A stretch of 38,910 nt of DNA from Deinococcales bacterium. GTDB lineage: Bacteria; Deinococcota; Deinococci; Deinococcales; JAAFIG01. Below the pieces are notes generated by a model. It had not been told where the DNA came from, searched no databases, and saw nothing but the letters and a program-made list of their open reading frames with translations. The stretch spans positions 1-38,910 of the forward strand of contig JANNVX010000058.1 in assembly GCA_031414595.1 (NCBI GenBank), written 5' to 3'. Positions 18,292 through 28,602 of the stretch are shown piece after piece; the first letter of the stretch is position 1, and each line of letters begins with the position of its first letter. A program made the position numbers and the translations under genes.

Positions 18292-19437
18292 GTGAAAGCA
18301 AACATTATCGTTCTTGGGGCTGGGATTATCGGCTCGAGTGTGGCACATTTTCTGGCTTTACAAGGTGCAAAAGTTCTGGTTTTAGAACAAGACCCGAAAG
18401 CTGCCACTGACCAAACTGCCAGCAGCAGTGCGGCTCGAGCCACTGGTGGTTTCCGCGTGCAGTACGGCACAAGCATCAATGTGCAATTATCTTTGTTGGC
18501 GCGGCAACTACTGCTTGATTTTGAGAACCAGACAGGTGTTAATCCGGGTTACGAGCCACATGGTTATTTGTTTTTAGCCACTTCTGCCGCCCAATTACAG
18601 TCTTTAGAAGCGGCTTTGCTGGTGCAGCAACAAACGGGTTTAATGGTGGCTCGGGCAGTCAATCCAATAGAAATTGCCCAACTTAATCCCGCCCTGAATT
18701 TAGAAGCTGTACTCGGCGGAACATTCTGTCCGTGGGATGGTTTTATTCGTCCGCTCGAGATGCTTAGAGGTTTTGCGGAAACTGCCACGCAGCACGGCGC
18801 AGAATTTAAGTACGGTATCAAAGCTAAACTCGAGACTCGAGATAAAAAAGTTGTGGTTATCACACCCGATGGGCTGCTAGAAGCCGACGCAATTGTCAAT
18901 TGTACAGGTGCATGGGCTGGAACACTCGGACTGGAGATTCCAGTCACCCCAGAAAAACGCCAAATTGCCGAGACAATAGAAACAAAGGTTTTACCCCCAG
19001 ACATGCCGATGAGTATTTACTGCGATTCGGGTTTTCATTTGCGGGTACGTCAACAGCGTGTGCTGCTGCTGCGTCCAAGTTTAGTTACATCCAATCATCT
19101 TTTTGACCTCGAGCCGGACATGACTTGGTTAGCCCCAATGCAGCAAGAAGCTGATACTCGAGTTCCGGTTTTACAAAATGTTGCGATTGCTCGGACTTGG
19201 GCTGGGTTGTACGAAAATAGTCCAGATAAACATGCGATTTTTGGTCAGCATCCCGAGTACCCAAATTTTTATTTAATCAATGGCTCAAGTGGACATGGCA
19301 CAATGCACAGCCCAGCTTTTGGGCAACTGATGAGCCAGTTAATTCTGACCAGCAAAACCCAAAGCCTGAATATGCACCAACTGCGCCCAGCGCGTTTTGT
19401 TGAAAATGATGCGATTATTGGCAACAGTTTATTGTGA
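18292..19437 (+). CDS. FAD-dependent oxidoreductase (DAO / sarcosine oxidase beta-like)
   Basis: GAGIIG Rossmann motif, NCTGAW, WAGLYENSPD and SGHGTMHSPAFG. Confidence 0.88.
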   Translation: MKANIIVLGAGIIGSSVAHFLALQGAKVLVLEQDPKAATDQTASSSAARATGGFRVQYGTSINVQLSLLARQLLLDFENQTGVNPGYEPHGYLFLATSAAQLQSLEAALLVQQQTGLMVARAVNPIEIAQLNPALNLEAVLGGTFCPWDGFIRPLEMLRGFAETATQHGAEFKYGIKAKLETRDKKVVVITPDGLLEADAIVNCTGAWAGTLGLEIPVTPEKRQIAETIETKVLPPDMPMSIYCDSGFHLRVRQQRVLLLRPSLVTSNHLFDLEPDMTWLAPMQQEADTRVPVLQNVAIARTWAGLYENSPDKHAIFGQHPEYPNFYLINGSSGHGTMHSPAFGQLMSQLILTSKTQSLNMHQLRPARFVENDAIIGNSLL

Positions 19438-19575
19438 AACAGCCTAGTGCTGTTATCGCTCAGTTTCTACACTTTCCTACGCTTACCCTTGCGTCCTTGG
19501 CGAAAATTGTTGTGGCGTGTAATGTGTTGGTCAGAGTTGCTCGAGATAGACTAGCTCGAGCAACGATAAGAGAGG

Positions 19576-20943
19576 GTGAATTTTATTCCTACAACGTGCC
19601 ACATTATAACTTATGGTTGCCAAATGAATGAATACGACACACACGTTGTTGAATCACAACTGGTGGCGCTGGGTGTTGAACTGGTCAAAGCGGTTGACGA
19701 AGCCGATTTTGTACTGGTGAATACCTGTGCGGTGCGTGGTAAACCCGTGGATAAAGTCAGGGCTGTGCTTGGTAATCTGCGCCGAATCAAACGGGAACGC
19801 GGTTTAATTATTGGGATGATGGGTTGTTTGGCACAACTCGAGGAAGGGCAAGAAATTGCTAAAAAATTTGATGTTGATATTCTCCTAGGACCCGGTGCGC
19901 TTTTAGATATTGGTGCAGCCCTAGAAAGTAACCAGCGCTTTTGGAGCATGGCTTTTAAGGATGACATTCATGATTTTGTGCCACCAGCCCCACAAAATAA
20001 ACTCTCGGCACACCTGACGATTCAACGTGGTTGTGACCACCACTGTACCTACTGCATTGTGCCAGAAACAAGGGGTCCTCAAGTCTCGAGACACCCAGAT
20101 TTAATTCTGCGTGAACTTGAGTCTTTGGTGGCAGCAGGGGCGCTCGAGGTAACGTTACTCGGACAAAATGTCAATTCTTATGGCAAAGACCAAACGGGGT
20201 ATCCAGACTTTGGGGACTTGCTGCGTCAAGTGGGTCAAAGTAGCATCCCACGCATTAAATTTACCACCAGTCACCCAATGGATTTTTCCGATAATATTAT
20301 TCGTGCAATTGCCGAAACTCCAAATGTCTGCAAGTACATTCATTTGCCGGTTCAAAGCGGTTCAAATAAAGTCCTTAAAGCCATGGGGCGTGAATATACC
20401 CGCGAATGGTATCTCGAGCGAATACAAAAAATGCGTTCCTTAATTCCAGATTTGTACATCACCACTGATTTCATTGTCGGTTTTCCAAATGAAACCGAAG
20501 AAGATTTCCTCGAGACGATTTCCTTGTACGATGCCGTCCAGTACGACGCTGCTTTTATGTACATTTACAGCGCCCGCCCTGGTACACCGAGCTATAAGCA
20601 CTTTAAGGACTTGCCAAAAGAAATCAAATCCGAGCGAATAGACCGACTTGTGAGTCGGCAAAAACACTGGTCGCAAATCAAATACTCGAGTCTAATTGGA
20701 AAAGAAGTCGAGTGCTTAATTCGAGGACAAGCCTTTGAACCAAGTTTTTCCGAAGGTCACACCGAAGGCAACCATGCGATTTTCTTGCCTTTTGAACAAG
20801 CAGCCGTACCCGGAATTTACAAAGCCAAAGTTGACCATGCCACGCCGCATCGGTTATTTGGTCAAGTGACAAGTATTGTTAAGCAAGCTGATTTCATGCC
20901 GCTACAGTTACACACGGTTCACTCGAGTAATCTGATGATTTAG
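19576..20943 (+). CDS. miaB: tRNA-2-methylthio-N6-dimethylallyladenosine synthase
   Basis: [16 protein letters not shown], radical [35 protein letters not shown] and YSARPGT motifs. Confidence 0.95.
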   Translation: MNFIPTTCHIITYGCQMNEYDTHVVESQLVALGVELVKAVDEADFVLVNTCAVRGKPVDKVRAVLGNLRRIKRERGLIIGMMGCLAQLEEGQEIAKKFDVDILLGPGALLDIGAALESNQRFWSMAFKDDIHDFVPPAPQNKLSAHLTIQRGCDHHCTYCIVPETRGPQVSRHPDLILRELESLVAAGALEVTLLGQNVNSYGKDQTGYPDFGDLLRQVGQSSIPRIKFTTSHPMDFSDNIIRAIAETPNVCKYIHLPVQSGSNKVLKAMGREYTREWYLERIQKMRSLIPDLYITTDFIVGFPNETEEDFLETISLYDAVQYDAAFMYIYSARPGTPSYKHFKDLPKEIKSERIDRLVSRQKHWSQIKYSSLIGKEVECLIRGQAFEPSFSEGHTEGNHAIFLPFEQAAVPGIYKAKVDHATPHRLFGQVTSIVKQADFMPLQLHTVHSSNLMI

Positions 20944-21196
20944 CGCTATTCTTTGAGGGTGCAAAAAGACGGCTCTACAAGAAACCTAAACCCCCTCAAA
21001 AAGAGGGTTACTGTCGTGCTGCACAAAATGTGGTTGCTGCGAAAAGTCATTTCTGGCAGGACTCCGCCGAAGCCATGGATTGGAGCGCCTAAACCGTACC
21101 GACAGCAATAAGGAATTTTTGTCGCAACTTGGTGGCGGATAGGCTACAACCAAAGTCGGATTCTTTTCTTCATCTTTTGTGCATAAAATACTCGAG

Positions 21197-22945
21197 ATGA
21201 AGAAATTATTGTTGGCTTTGGCGGTGATGCTGACTCCCGTTTCTGGGGTTTTGGCACAAAGTGCGGGTTCGGATAGTTTGAATGACCCCATTTACTCGTT
21301 TATGGGTAATGGTGGTTATGATGCGCTTGATTACAACATCAATTTGCGTTTTTCGGCAGATAAAAAAACTTTGGTGGGTACAACCACGATGGAAGCTGTA
21401 GCAACTCAGGATTTAAGTGCTTTTAATCTTGATTTTGGCAGCATGACTGTTTCTAATGTGGTGGTCAATGGCTCGAGTGCCAGGTTTGCCCAAGCCGACC
21501 CCGAAATGACCATTTCGCCAAGTGTGTTCTTAAAAAAAGGCGAGAAATTCAAGGTCAGTATTGTCTACAGTGGCGCTCCGGGTACAAAACTTGGGGCTGC
21601 CAGTAATTTTGGGCAGTGGTTGATTAGCCCGGCAGGTTTGACGGTTTTGGCAGAACCAAGTTTGATGTTTACGTGGTCGCCAGTCAATGAACACCCCACC
21701 GATAAAGCCACTTTTAGTTTGAATTTGACTTCAAGTCAAAAAGATACAGCACTTGCCAACGGCGAATTTATCGGAAGGGTTGAAAATACCGATGGGACTG
21801 CCAGCAGTTCATACCGAATTGGTACACCGACTGCCACATACTTTGTGGTGATGGCGGTCGGGAATTGGAAACTCGAGGAGGCTGGAAAGGTTGGCAATAC
21901 TCGAGTGCGGCATTATTTTGCGCCCGGTACGAGTGATGTAATGCGCCAAGCAATTGCCGAGACCAATGGTATTATTAGGTTCTACTCGGATAAACTCACA
22001 GCCTATCCGTTTGCCGAAGCTGGGGTTTTAACTTCTGATAATGACCTTGGTTTTGCCCTCGAGACACAAAGTTTAATCAGTATGCCGACCAGTTTTGGAC
22101 AAGGTGAGCGACTGATTGATACCACAGAAGTTGTGGCGCATGAATTCGCACATCAGTGGTTTGGGGCGTTAGTGACCTTCAAAAATCATGAGGATATTTT
22201 TATCCATGAGGGTTTTGCCGAGTATTTGGGTTGGGTGTACACGGCTGAACGTTTTAAGGATCGCGTTGGTGAGAATTACATCGCGGGCAATATCCGCAGT
22301 TTCTACCCCAATGCAGTCAATGGGCGCTATGTAGAAAGCCTCGCAAAAACCCGCTTGGTTACGTCCTTAAAGGCACAACTTGGGCAGCGCAAACTCAGTA
22401 AGGAGAATACCGCCAAAGCCCTCGAGTTGCTATTTGGTGCTTCGCTGCCAACTTTGGCTCGAGATGCAGTTTTGGCGCAAGTCCCAGCTGATGGTTTTGG
22501 CAAAACCCAATTTGCTGATGCAATTGCGACGCTTCCTTTTAGTCAGGTGATTGTACCGCTTCGTCATTTATATGAAATCATGGCTTTAACAGGGCGCTCA
22601 GTTGGTGATTTAGCCCCGAATTGGGATGTTCTCACACCTCCGGGCAAATTAAAACAAGGCGATGATTTATTTAATTCTGGTGTTTATATTCGAGGGGCAA
22701 GTACGGTTCATGCCCTGCGCTTAAAAATCGGCGATGAGGCTTTTTGGAAATTATTGCGTGGTTTTTTAGAGAAGTACAAATTTTCTAATGCCAGCAATGC
22801 CGATTGGCTCGAGTTTGTCCAAAGCACCGCCGGTCTCGAGGCTCGAAGTTTACAAGAACGCTGGTTATGTGATGATGTCGTACCTGATTTTCCAGAATTG
22901 GGCTTAAAAGCCACAGATTTTAAGCTCGGTGCAGATTTCAAATAG
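21197..22945 (+). CDS. Secreted M1-family zinc aminopeptidase
   Basis: Signal peptide from ATG 21197, GNGGYD, FALETQ exopeptidase-type motif, HEFAHQWFG-...-HEGFAEY and VYIRGA. Confidence 0.9.
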   Translation: MKKLLLALAVMLTPVSGVLAQSAGSDSLNDPIYSFMGNGGYDALDYNINLRFSADKKTLVGTTTMEAVATQDLSAFNLDFGSMTVSNVVVNGSSARFAQADPEMTISPSVFLKKGEKFKVSIVYSGAPGTKLGAASNFGQWLISPAGLTVLAEPSLMFTWSPVNEHPTDKATFSLNLTSSQKDTALANGEFIGRVENTDGTASSSYRIGTPTATYFVVMAVGNWKLEEAGKVGNTRVRHYFAPGTSDVMRQAIAETNGIIRFYSDKLTAYPFAEAGVLTSDNDLGFALETQSLISMPTSFGQGERLIDTTEVVAHEFAHQWFGALVTFKNHEDIFIHEGFAEYLGWVYTAERFKDRVGENYIAGNIRSFYPNAVNGRYVESLAKTRLVTSLKAQLGQRKLSKENTAKALELLFGASLPTLARDAVLAQVPADGFGKTQFADAIATLPFSQVIVPLRHLYEIMALTGRSVGDLAPNWDVLTPPGKLKQGDDLFNSGVYIRGASTVHALRLKIGDEAFWKLLRGFLEKYKFSNASNADWLEFVQSTAGLEARSLQERWLCDDVVPDFPELGLKATDFKLGADFK

Positions 22946-22949
22946 AGGT

Positions 22950-22984
22950 AAAAAGCGCAGCCCTTTACATGGGCTGCGCTTTTT
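22950..22984. terminator. Bidirectional intrinsic terminator
   Basis: AAAAAGCGCAGCCC-TTTACAT-GGGCTGCGCTTTTT between convergent genes. Confidence 0.85.
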
Positions 22985-22989
22985 AATTC

Positions 22990-24828
22990 CTACACGCCCG
23001 CCAGTTCTTGGTCAGCATATTGCAAATTGTAGAGCGTGGCGTAATACCCCTTATGCCGTAGCAACTCGTCGTGGCTGCCTTCTTCAACAATTTTTCCTTT
23101 TCGCATCACAATAATTCGGTCACAATTTTTAATCGTGCTTAAGCGGTGGGCAATAATAATACTGGTGCGTCCGTGCATGACTTTAGCCAGCGCATCTTGG
23201 ATTTGCAGTTCGGATTCGGTGTCTATGTTGGCAGTGGCTTCGTCTAAAACCAGTAAAATATCAGGGTTGGCAATTAAAGCCCGAGCAAAGGCGAGTAATT
23301 GTTTTTGTCCAGTCGAAAGGGTTGCTCCGCGCTCTTTGACTTCGGTTTTATACCCTTTTTCTAGGCTCGAGATAAAGTCGTGAACACCAACGTATTTACA
23401 GGCTTGGATGATTTTCTCGAGCGGGATGGTTTCGTCATTCATTCGCAGGTTTGATTCAATCGTGCCGCTAAAAAGGTACACATCTTGCAGCACTACCCCA
23501 ATGTGTTTACGGAGGTCGCGCTGCACAATGTCACGGACATCTGTGCCATCCACCAAAATACTGCCTTTTTGAATGTCGTAGAATCTCGAGACTAGGCTGA
23601 TGATGCTGGTTTTTCCTGCGCCTGTTGCGCCAACTAAGGCAACGCTCTGTCCGGGTTTGACATGTAAGTTAATACCGCGCAGTACCCAATCGGTCTCGAG
23701 GACTTCTTCACCCACGGGTTTATAACTAAACCAAACGTCCTTGAACTCCACTTCGCCTTTGAATCCGCCAACGATTTTCTTGGCGTTTGGTGCGTCGGTC
23801 ACGACTTCGGGTTCGTCCAATATCCCAAAGATTCGTTCGGCACTTGCCATGGCTGCTTGTAAGGTGTTGAGGACATTGCTTAAATCTTCTAAAGGGCGGA
23901 AAAAATCAAAGACATAACGGGTAAAAGCGTACAGCACACCAATACTGACGGCATTTCGCACCGCATCGCCGCCGCCGACCCAAATCACGGCTGCCAGTGC
24001 GCCATTGCCAATAATGCCAACGGTTGGAAAGAAAAAGCTAAACCAGCGCACGGCTTTTAAGAATTCTTTAAGGAAATCGGTGTTGAGCTTGTCAAAATCA
24101 CGGCGTTGGCGTTCCTCGCGGTTAAAAATTTGGACTGTTCCCATACCTGTAATGTTTTCGTTTAGAGCAGTGTTGACAATCGCTTGCTTGATGCGGATTT
24201 CACGGTAACTTTTACGAAATTTGGTTTGAAAAAAACGCAGCGCAAGAAACAGAATCGGTACAACAGCAAAAGCAACCAATGCCAGTTTGCTGTTTAAGGT
24301 GAACATCAAAATTGCAGTTGCCCCAATCACAAAAACGCTCTGCACCAAGGTCATTAAGCCGTCAGTGATAAAACTGTTGATTGCGTCCACATCCGAAGTC
24401 ACCCGAGTGATTAAACGCCCGACTGGGTTACGGTCAAAATAGGCAAGCGGCAAGCGTTGCAATTTAGAAAATAAATCGGCACGAATGTCAAACAGCACAC
24501 TCTGACCCATGTAGGACAGCACATAATTAAAGCCAAAGCGCACCACAAATTCGATGATTGCCACCACAGCAATAATAATTCCGATGGTCACAATTCCATT
24601 CCAGCGCTCGTCTATGCCAACAGCCGCAAAACTCGAGCCAGCTTTGGGAATCAGGTACTGGTCTATGACTTGGGCTTGTAAGAACGGATAAAGCCGGTTG
24701 GTAGCACTGTTCAAAAATGCCAGCAGCAACGCACCCGCCGCGACCCACATGTAGGGGCGTAAATAGCCAAAAATTCGTTTGGTCAATTGCCAATCAAATT
24801 GTTTTTGGAAAGCGTCTTCTTCTCTCAT
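22990..24828 (-). CDS. tmrA: Heterodimeric ABC exporter subunit, TmrA-like
   Basis: TMD+NBD with GATGAGKT, degenerate signature LSTGQ and canonical Walker B LLVLDEA. The N-terminus resembles Thermus TmrA. Confidence 0.85.
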   Translation of the reverse strand: MREEDAFQKQFDWQLTKRIFGYLRPYMWVAAGALLLAFLNSATNRLYPFLQAQVIDQYLIPKAGSSFAAVGIDERWNGIVTIGIIIAVVAIIEFVVRFGFNYVLSYMGQSVLFDIRADLFSKLQRLPLAYFDRNPVGRLITRVTSDVDAINSFITDGLMTLVQSVFVIGATAILMFTLNSKLALVAFAVVPILFLALRFFQTKFRKSYREIRIKQAIVNTALNENITGMGTVQIFNREERQRRDFDKLNTDFLKEFLKAVRWFSFFFPTVGIIGNGALAAVIWVGGGDAVRNAVSIGVLYAFTRYVFDFFRPLEDLSNVLNTLQAAMASAERIFGILDEPEVVTDAPNAKKIVGGFKGEVEFKDVWFSYKPVGEEVLETDWVLRGINLHVKPGQSVALVGATGAGKTSIISLVSRFYDIQKGSILVDGTDVRDIVQRDLRKHIGVVLQDVYLFSGTIESNLRMNDETIPLEKIIQACKYVGVHDFISSLEKGYKTEVKERGATLSTGQKQLLAFARALIANPDILLVLDEATANIDTESELQIQDALAKVMHGRTSIIIAHRLSTIKNCDRIIVMRKGKIVEEGSHDELLRHKGYYATLYNLQYADQELAGV

Positions 24829-24832
24829 TTTA

Positions 24833-24874
24833 AGCTCCTAGCTCCTAGCTCCTAGCTTCTAGCTTCTAGCTCGA
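24833..24874. repeat. Heptamer tandem repeat (AGCTCCT/AGCTTCT)
   Basis: AGCTCCT x3, AGCTTCT x2, then AGCTCGA. Confidence 0.85.
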
Positions 24875-24946
24875 GACTGTCTCAAGCAAATGTATACCCG
24901 ATAAATAACTTTCCATAAATAACAAGACTTTCTCTAAGTATTGTTT

Positions 24947-24981
24947 TAGCTAGTAGCTAACAACTAGCAGCTAATAGCTAC
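24947..24981. repeat. Degenerate heptamer tandem repeat (TAGCTAN)
   Basis: TAGCTAG TAGCTAA CAACTAG CAGCTAA TAGCTAC, overlapping the stop codon of the TmrB-like gene. Confidence 0.7.
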
Positions 24982-26788
24982 TCTCCACCTCGAGTTCGGT
25001 TTGTAGGCTTTGTTTGCGCTCCATTTCAGCGTAGTAGCCACCTTGGGCAATCAGGTTTTCGTGGCTGCCAGTCTCTAAAACCCGCCCATGCTCGAGAACC
25101 ACAATTTGGTCGGCAAAACGCAGGGTAGAGACACGGTGTCCTATTAAAATCACGGTGCGGTTGGCTAAGACAGTTTTGAGTTCATTTAAGATTCGGCTTT
25201 CGGTTTCGGTGTCCACAGCGCTCATGCTGTCATCTAAAATCAGAATGGCAGGTTCTCGGGCAATCGCCCTTGCCAGCGCGGTGCGTTGGCGTTGTCCACC
25301 AGAAAGGGTTACGCCACGTTCGCCTAAAATTGTCTCGAACTGTTCCTTAAAGTCCAGTACATCTTTACTGAGTCCCGCAATTCGGGCAGCATTTTTGACC
25401 CGTTCTAAGTCGGGGTTGTTTGGTTCGACTGTTTGGGTGCTGTTGGGTAAACCAAAGGCAATGTTTTCAGATATTTTATCGGAGAACAAAAATGGTTCTT
25501 GTGGCACAAGTCCAATTGCACCACGCAGCACTTGGATTGGCACGTTACGGGCATCTGTACCATCTATTAAAACTGTGCCGGTGCTTGGGTCAATCAAGCG
25601 CCCAATCAATTGTGCCAGTAAGGTCTTGCCGCTTCCGGTGCGCCCAGTGATGCCGATGGTTTTGCCTTGTTCTATTTTTAAGTTGATGTTTGATAACAAT
25701 ACCCGCCCATCTGCCTTAAAACTGACATCCTTAAATTCGATTGCGCCTACCACTTCTTTAATGCTTGGGTCGGCTCGAGCATCGGTAATCATGCTTTTGG
25801 CATCAAGGATTTCTTGTAAACGCGACCAACTACTCGAGCCACGTTGGAAAACATTAGTCATCCAGCCTATGGCTAACATCGGCCAACTCAGTTCAAATAA
25901 ATAAGTAAAGAACTGCACGAATTTACCGGGGGTTAATCCAGCAAAATTGGCCGCCGCATTGCCAGATAATGCCCCTTGATAGAGTAATTCTCTCGAGCCG
26001 ACCAGCAGCACAATCACAAACACGGCGTTCATAAAAATGCCCACGGCTGCCCATTCGGGGGCTTCGGCAAGTGCCAATGCCATACTGCGTTTTTTATACT
26101 CGGCGTTCATGCCTTTGTATTCGTCAATTTCGCGGTCTTCGATGGCGTAACCTTTAACCACACGAATACCACTAAAGTTTTCTTGGGCTTTGGCACTGAT
26201 TAAACTGACCTGTTCTTGGACTGCCACATAACGCTTAGCAATGATTCTAACCATGATTGCCAGTAAACCCGCAATAAAAGGAAACACGCCCAGCACAATA
26301 AAACCTAACGTTGGCGACAACCAAATCATCAAGCCCAAACTCATGATTAAACGCAACAAGGTCTGCGAACCAGCGTTAATTCCAAAGCCAAGCATTTCAC
26401 GAACCATGTTTAAGTCCGAAGTCAAACGGCTCATCAAGTCCCCTGTTTTGGTGACATGAAAGTACGTTTGGTCTAAGGTGGTCAAATGATCAAAAATGGC
26501 TTTTCGCACATCGTAAGCCACACGGTAACTCGAGACGACATTGTATTGGCGCTGCATAAACACAATAATGTTGGCAGCCAGCGTCGTCAGAATAATATAA
26601 GAGGCATTTAAGCCAATCGTTTCTAAAGTGGCTCGACCCGCGTAGAGTTCATCAATCACAAACCGAACAAAAAAAGGTGGTCCAAGTAAAGAAATGCCCA
26701 CCGAGAAAAACACGCAAGTTAAACCGAGTGTCCATTTCACCCTGTACTGCATGAAGAAAAAACCAAGTCCACGAAAACCTTTGAGCAT
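24971..26788 (-). CDS. tmrB: Heterodimeric ABC exporter subunit, TmrB-like
   Basis: TMD+NBD with GRTGSGKT, LSGGQ and non-canonical Walker B ILILDDS (Asp for the catalytic Glu), complementary to the partner subunit. Confidence 0.85.
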   Translation of the reverse strand: MLKGFRGLGFFFMQYRVKWTLGLTCVFFSVGISLLGPPFFVRFVIDELYAGRATLETIGLNASYIILTTLAANIIVFMQRQYNVVSSYRVAYDVRKAIFDHLTTLDQTYFHVTKTGDLMSRLTSDLNMVREMLGFGINAGSQTLLRLIMSLGLMIWLSPTLGFIVLGVFPFIAGLLAIMVRIIAKRYVAVQEQVSLISAKAQENFSGIRVVKGYAIEDREIDEYKGMNAEYKKRSMALALAEAPEWAAVGIFMNAVFVIVLLVGSRELLYQGALSGNAAANFAGLTPGKFVQFFTYLFELSWPMLAIGWMTNVFQRGSSSWSRLQEILDAKSMITDARADPSIKEVVGAIEFKDVSFKADGRVLLSNINLKIEQGKTIGITGRTGSGKTLLAQLIGRLIDPSTGTVLIDGTDARNVPIQVLRGAIGLVPQEPFLFSDKISENIAFGLPNSTQTVEPNNPDLERVKNAARIAGLSKDVLDFKEQFETILGERGVTLSGGQRQRTALARAIAREPAILILDDSMSAVDTETESRILNELKTVLANRTVILIGHRVSTLRFADQIVVLEHGRVLETGSHENLIAQGGYYAEMERKQSLQTELEVESSY

Positions 26789-26953
26789 TAAACCCCAGCA
26801 ACTCGAGTTGAGCGTTCCCGAGTTTTGGCAAGCCTAACACCAAGGCAACTTGCATTACATACGCATTTTGAATTATAGAATTGGTTGGATGTCTGGACTA
26901 TACTGCGCGGCGTGTCAGGCATCCGTAAGGTATGGATTTGCTAGAATGTGACC

Positions 26954-27370
26954 ATGAACTTCAAATCAGGATTGTTGCTGACTGTCTGTGTCAGTGCTAT
27001 TGGGTTTTCTGTCTCGAGTGCCACGACTGCCCACCGAATGCAATCCATTAAACAATTAAAACTGCAAGCAGTCCAAACAGCCGTAACTTGCAATTATTGT
27101 CATATCAGTCGGTACGGTGGTAATAAATGGAATGCTTTTGGCACTGCCATTCAAATTGCCTATTTTGACAAAGCCAAAGGGGATGTCAGCCTTGCCATTT
27201 ATCAAACCTTAAAAGCCCGTAAAGACGCAGACCAAGACGGTTTTGTTGACCTCCTCGAGATTGTCGCTAAGACCTTACCGGGCGATAAGAACAGTCGTCC
27301 GAGTAAAACCGTGGCGTTACTCGAGACTGAACTTAAACAATTGGGTGGGGTCGAGGCGTTTCGGCGTTGA
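26954..27370 (+). CDS. Small secreted c-type cytochrome-like protein with an acidic Ca-binding-type motif
   Basis: Signal peptide, CNYCH (CxxCH) heme motif and DADQDGFVDLLEI...TLPGD motif. Confidence 0.7.
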   Translation: MNFKSGLLLTVCVSAIGFSVSSATTAHRMQSIKQLKLQAVQTAVTCNYCHISRYGGNKWNAFGTAIQIAYFDKAKGDVSLAIYQTLKARKDADQDGFVDLLEIVAKTLPGDKNSRPSKTVALLETELKQLGGVEAFRR

Positions 27371-27405
27371 TAAGCTACTGGCTTCTAGTGCTTAGCTACT
27401 AGTAT

Positions 27406-28566
27406 TTAGGCGGCGCGTTTGCGTCCACGTTTTTTCGGTTCTTCTGGTTCGACAATCGGGGCAGGTGGTGTCTCGAGACTTTGGCTGGGTACTTTGGTCG
27501 GGACTGGGGGCTTACTTGGGACTGGTGCTGGAGCTTTTGTGGCAACTACTTTAATTGGAGTCGCCAGACTGGTGTCTTTGGGTTTGATTCGTTTCCCTGA
27601 ACGGGTTTGTTTAGCGAGGACTCGGGCGGCTTTTTCAGCTTCGCGCTCGAGCAAATGTTCAACAATTTGGGCATGGTTTAAGGTTGCCCCCTGAGCGCCG
27701 ATGGCTTGGGCTGCCATTGCCCCTGCGATATTGGCATATGCTACGGCTCTTGATAAGGTAAAATTACTTAGGACAGCATGGGCAAACGCCACCGTGAAGG
27801 CATCGCCAGCCCCTGTCGTGTCCAGCACATTTTCAACTGCATAGCCCTCGAGCAATTCTGATTCTCTAGGAGTCCAAAGAATTGCGCCGAGCGCTCCGAC
27901 TTTTATCACCACAGTTTGTAAACCAAGGGCTTCTAGGTTCTCTAAGGCTTCAGAAATACTGTTTTCACCTGTAATCCTAAATAACTCGAGTTGATTCATC
28001 AGTAAATAATCGGCGCTTTTGACCATCTCGAGTAAACTTGTGCCAGCCGCATTGACAGCCCCAGTGCCAAGGTCAATAAAGACGGGGATGTTTGCTTTCT
28101 TGGCTTGCTGCATGGCGTTTAAGGTGTATTCGCGTTGCGCCCCAGTAATCAGGGCGTAAGCACTGATAATCACTGCATCGCTGGAAGTCAGGGGTTTTGA
28201 ATTTATTTGCCCGACATCTAAATAACGATTTGCTCCACTGGCACTAATCATGGTGCGTTCTGCACCTTCGGTGACTAAAATAGTGACGGTGCTGGTCATG
28301 ACGCTGCCATCAAATTGCAGGGCGTTGAGTTGCACCCCACTCTTTTTTAAGTTTTCCAGTGCCACATCTGCAAATGGGTCTTGTCCAACTCGAGCCGCCA
28401 AGGTCACGCTATGCCCAAGGCAGGCAGCATGGTATGCCATTGTGCCACCCGCACCGCCGGGCAGCAAGACAGTGCGACTAGGGGTGATGTCTTCACCTGC
28501 CACGGGAATTCGTTCTAAAAAGTGCATATGGTCTACGGTGACATCACCAATAACGTAAAACTTCAA
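27406..28566 (-). CDS. PfkB-family carbohydrate kinase with a Pro/Lys-rich C-terminal tail
   Basis: GDVTVD, PGGAG, VGQDPFA, MNQLE and DTTGAGDAF motifs. TTG start with AGGAG RBS. Confidence 0.88.
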   Translation of the reverse strand: MKFYVIGDVTVDHMHFLERIPVAGEDITPSRTVLLPGGAGGTMAYHAACLGHSVTLAARVGQDPFADVALENLKKSGVQLNALQFDGSVMTSTVTILVTEGAERTMISASGANRYLDVGQINSKPLTSSDAVIISAYALITGAQREYTLNAMQQAKKANIPVFIDLGTGAVNAAGTSLLEMVKSADYLLMNQLELFRITGENSISEALENLEALGLQTVVIKVGALGAILWTPRESELLEGYAVENVLDTTGAGDAFTVAFAHAVLSNFTLSRAVAYANIAGAMAAQAIGAQGATLNHAQIVEHLLEREAEKAARVLAKQTRSGKRIKPKDTSLATPIKVVATKAPAPVPSKPPVPTKVPSQSLETPPAPIVEPEEPKKRGRKRAA

Positions 28567-28602
28567 GATTTGCTCCTAAAAGACTAAGAATAGACCCATT
28601 GT

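Noticed and set aside
25155-25904. 249-aa plus-strand ORF and other long antisense ORFs (e.g. 2431-2982, 31238-31798)
   Set aside because: They are shadow ORFs opposite well-supported genes or the tRNA, with no motifs or RBS.
22990-26788. TmrAB-like exporter and M1 peptidase as part of the lasso cluster
   Set aside because: They are separated from the cluster by housekeeping genes, have host-like composition, and the cluster has its own exporter.
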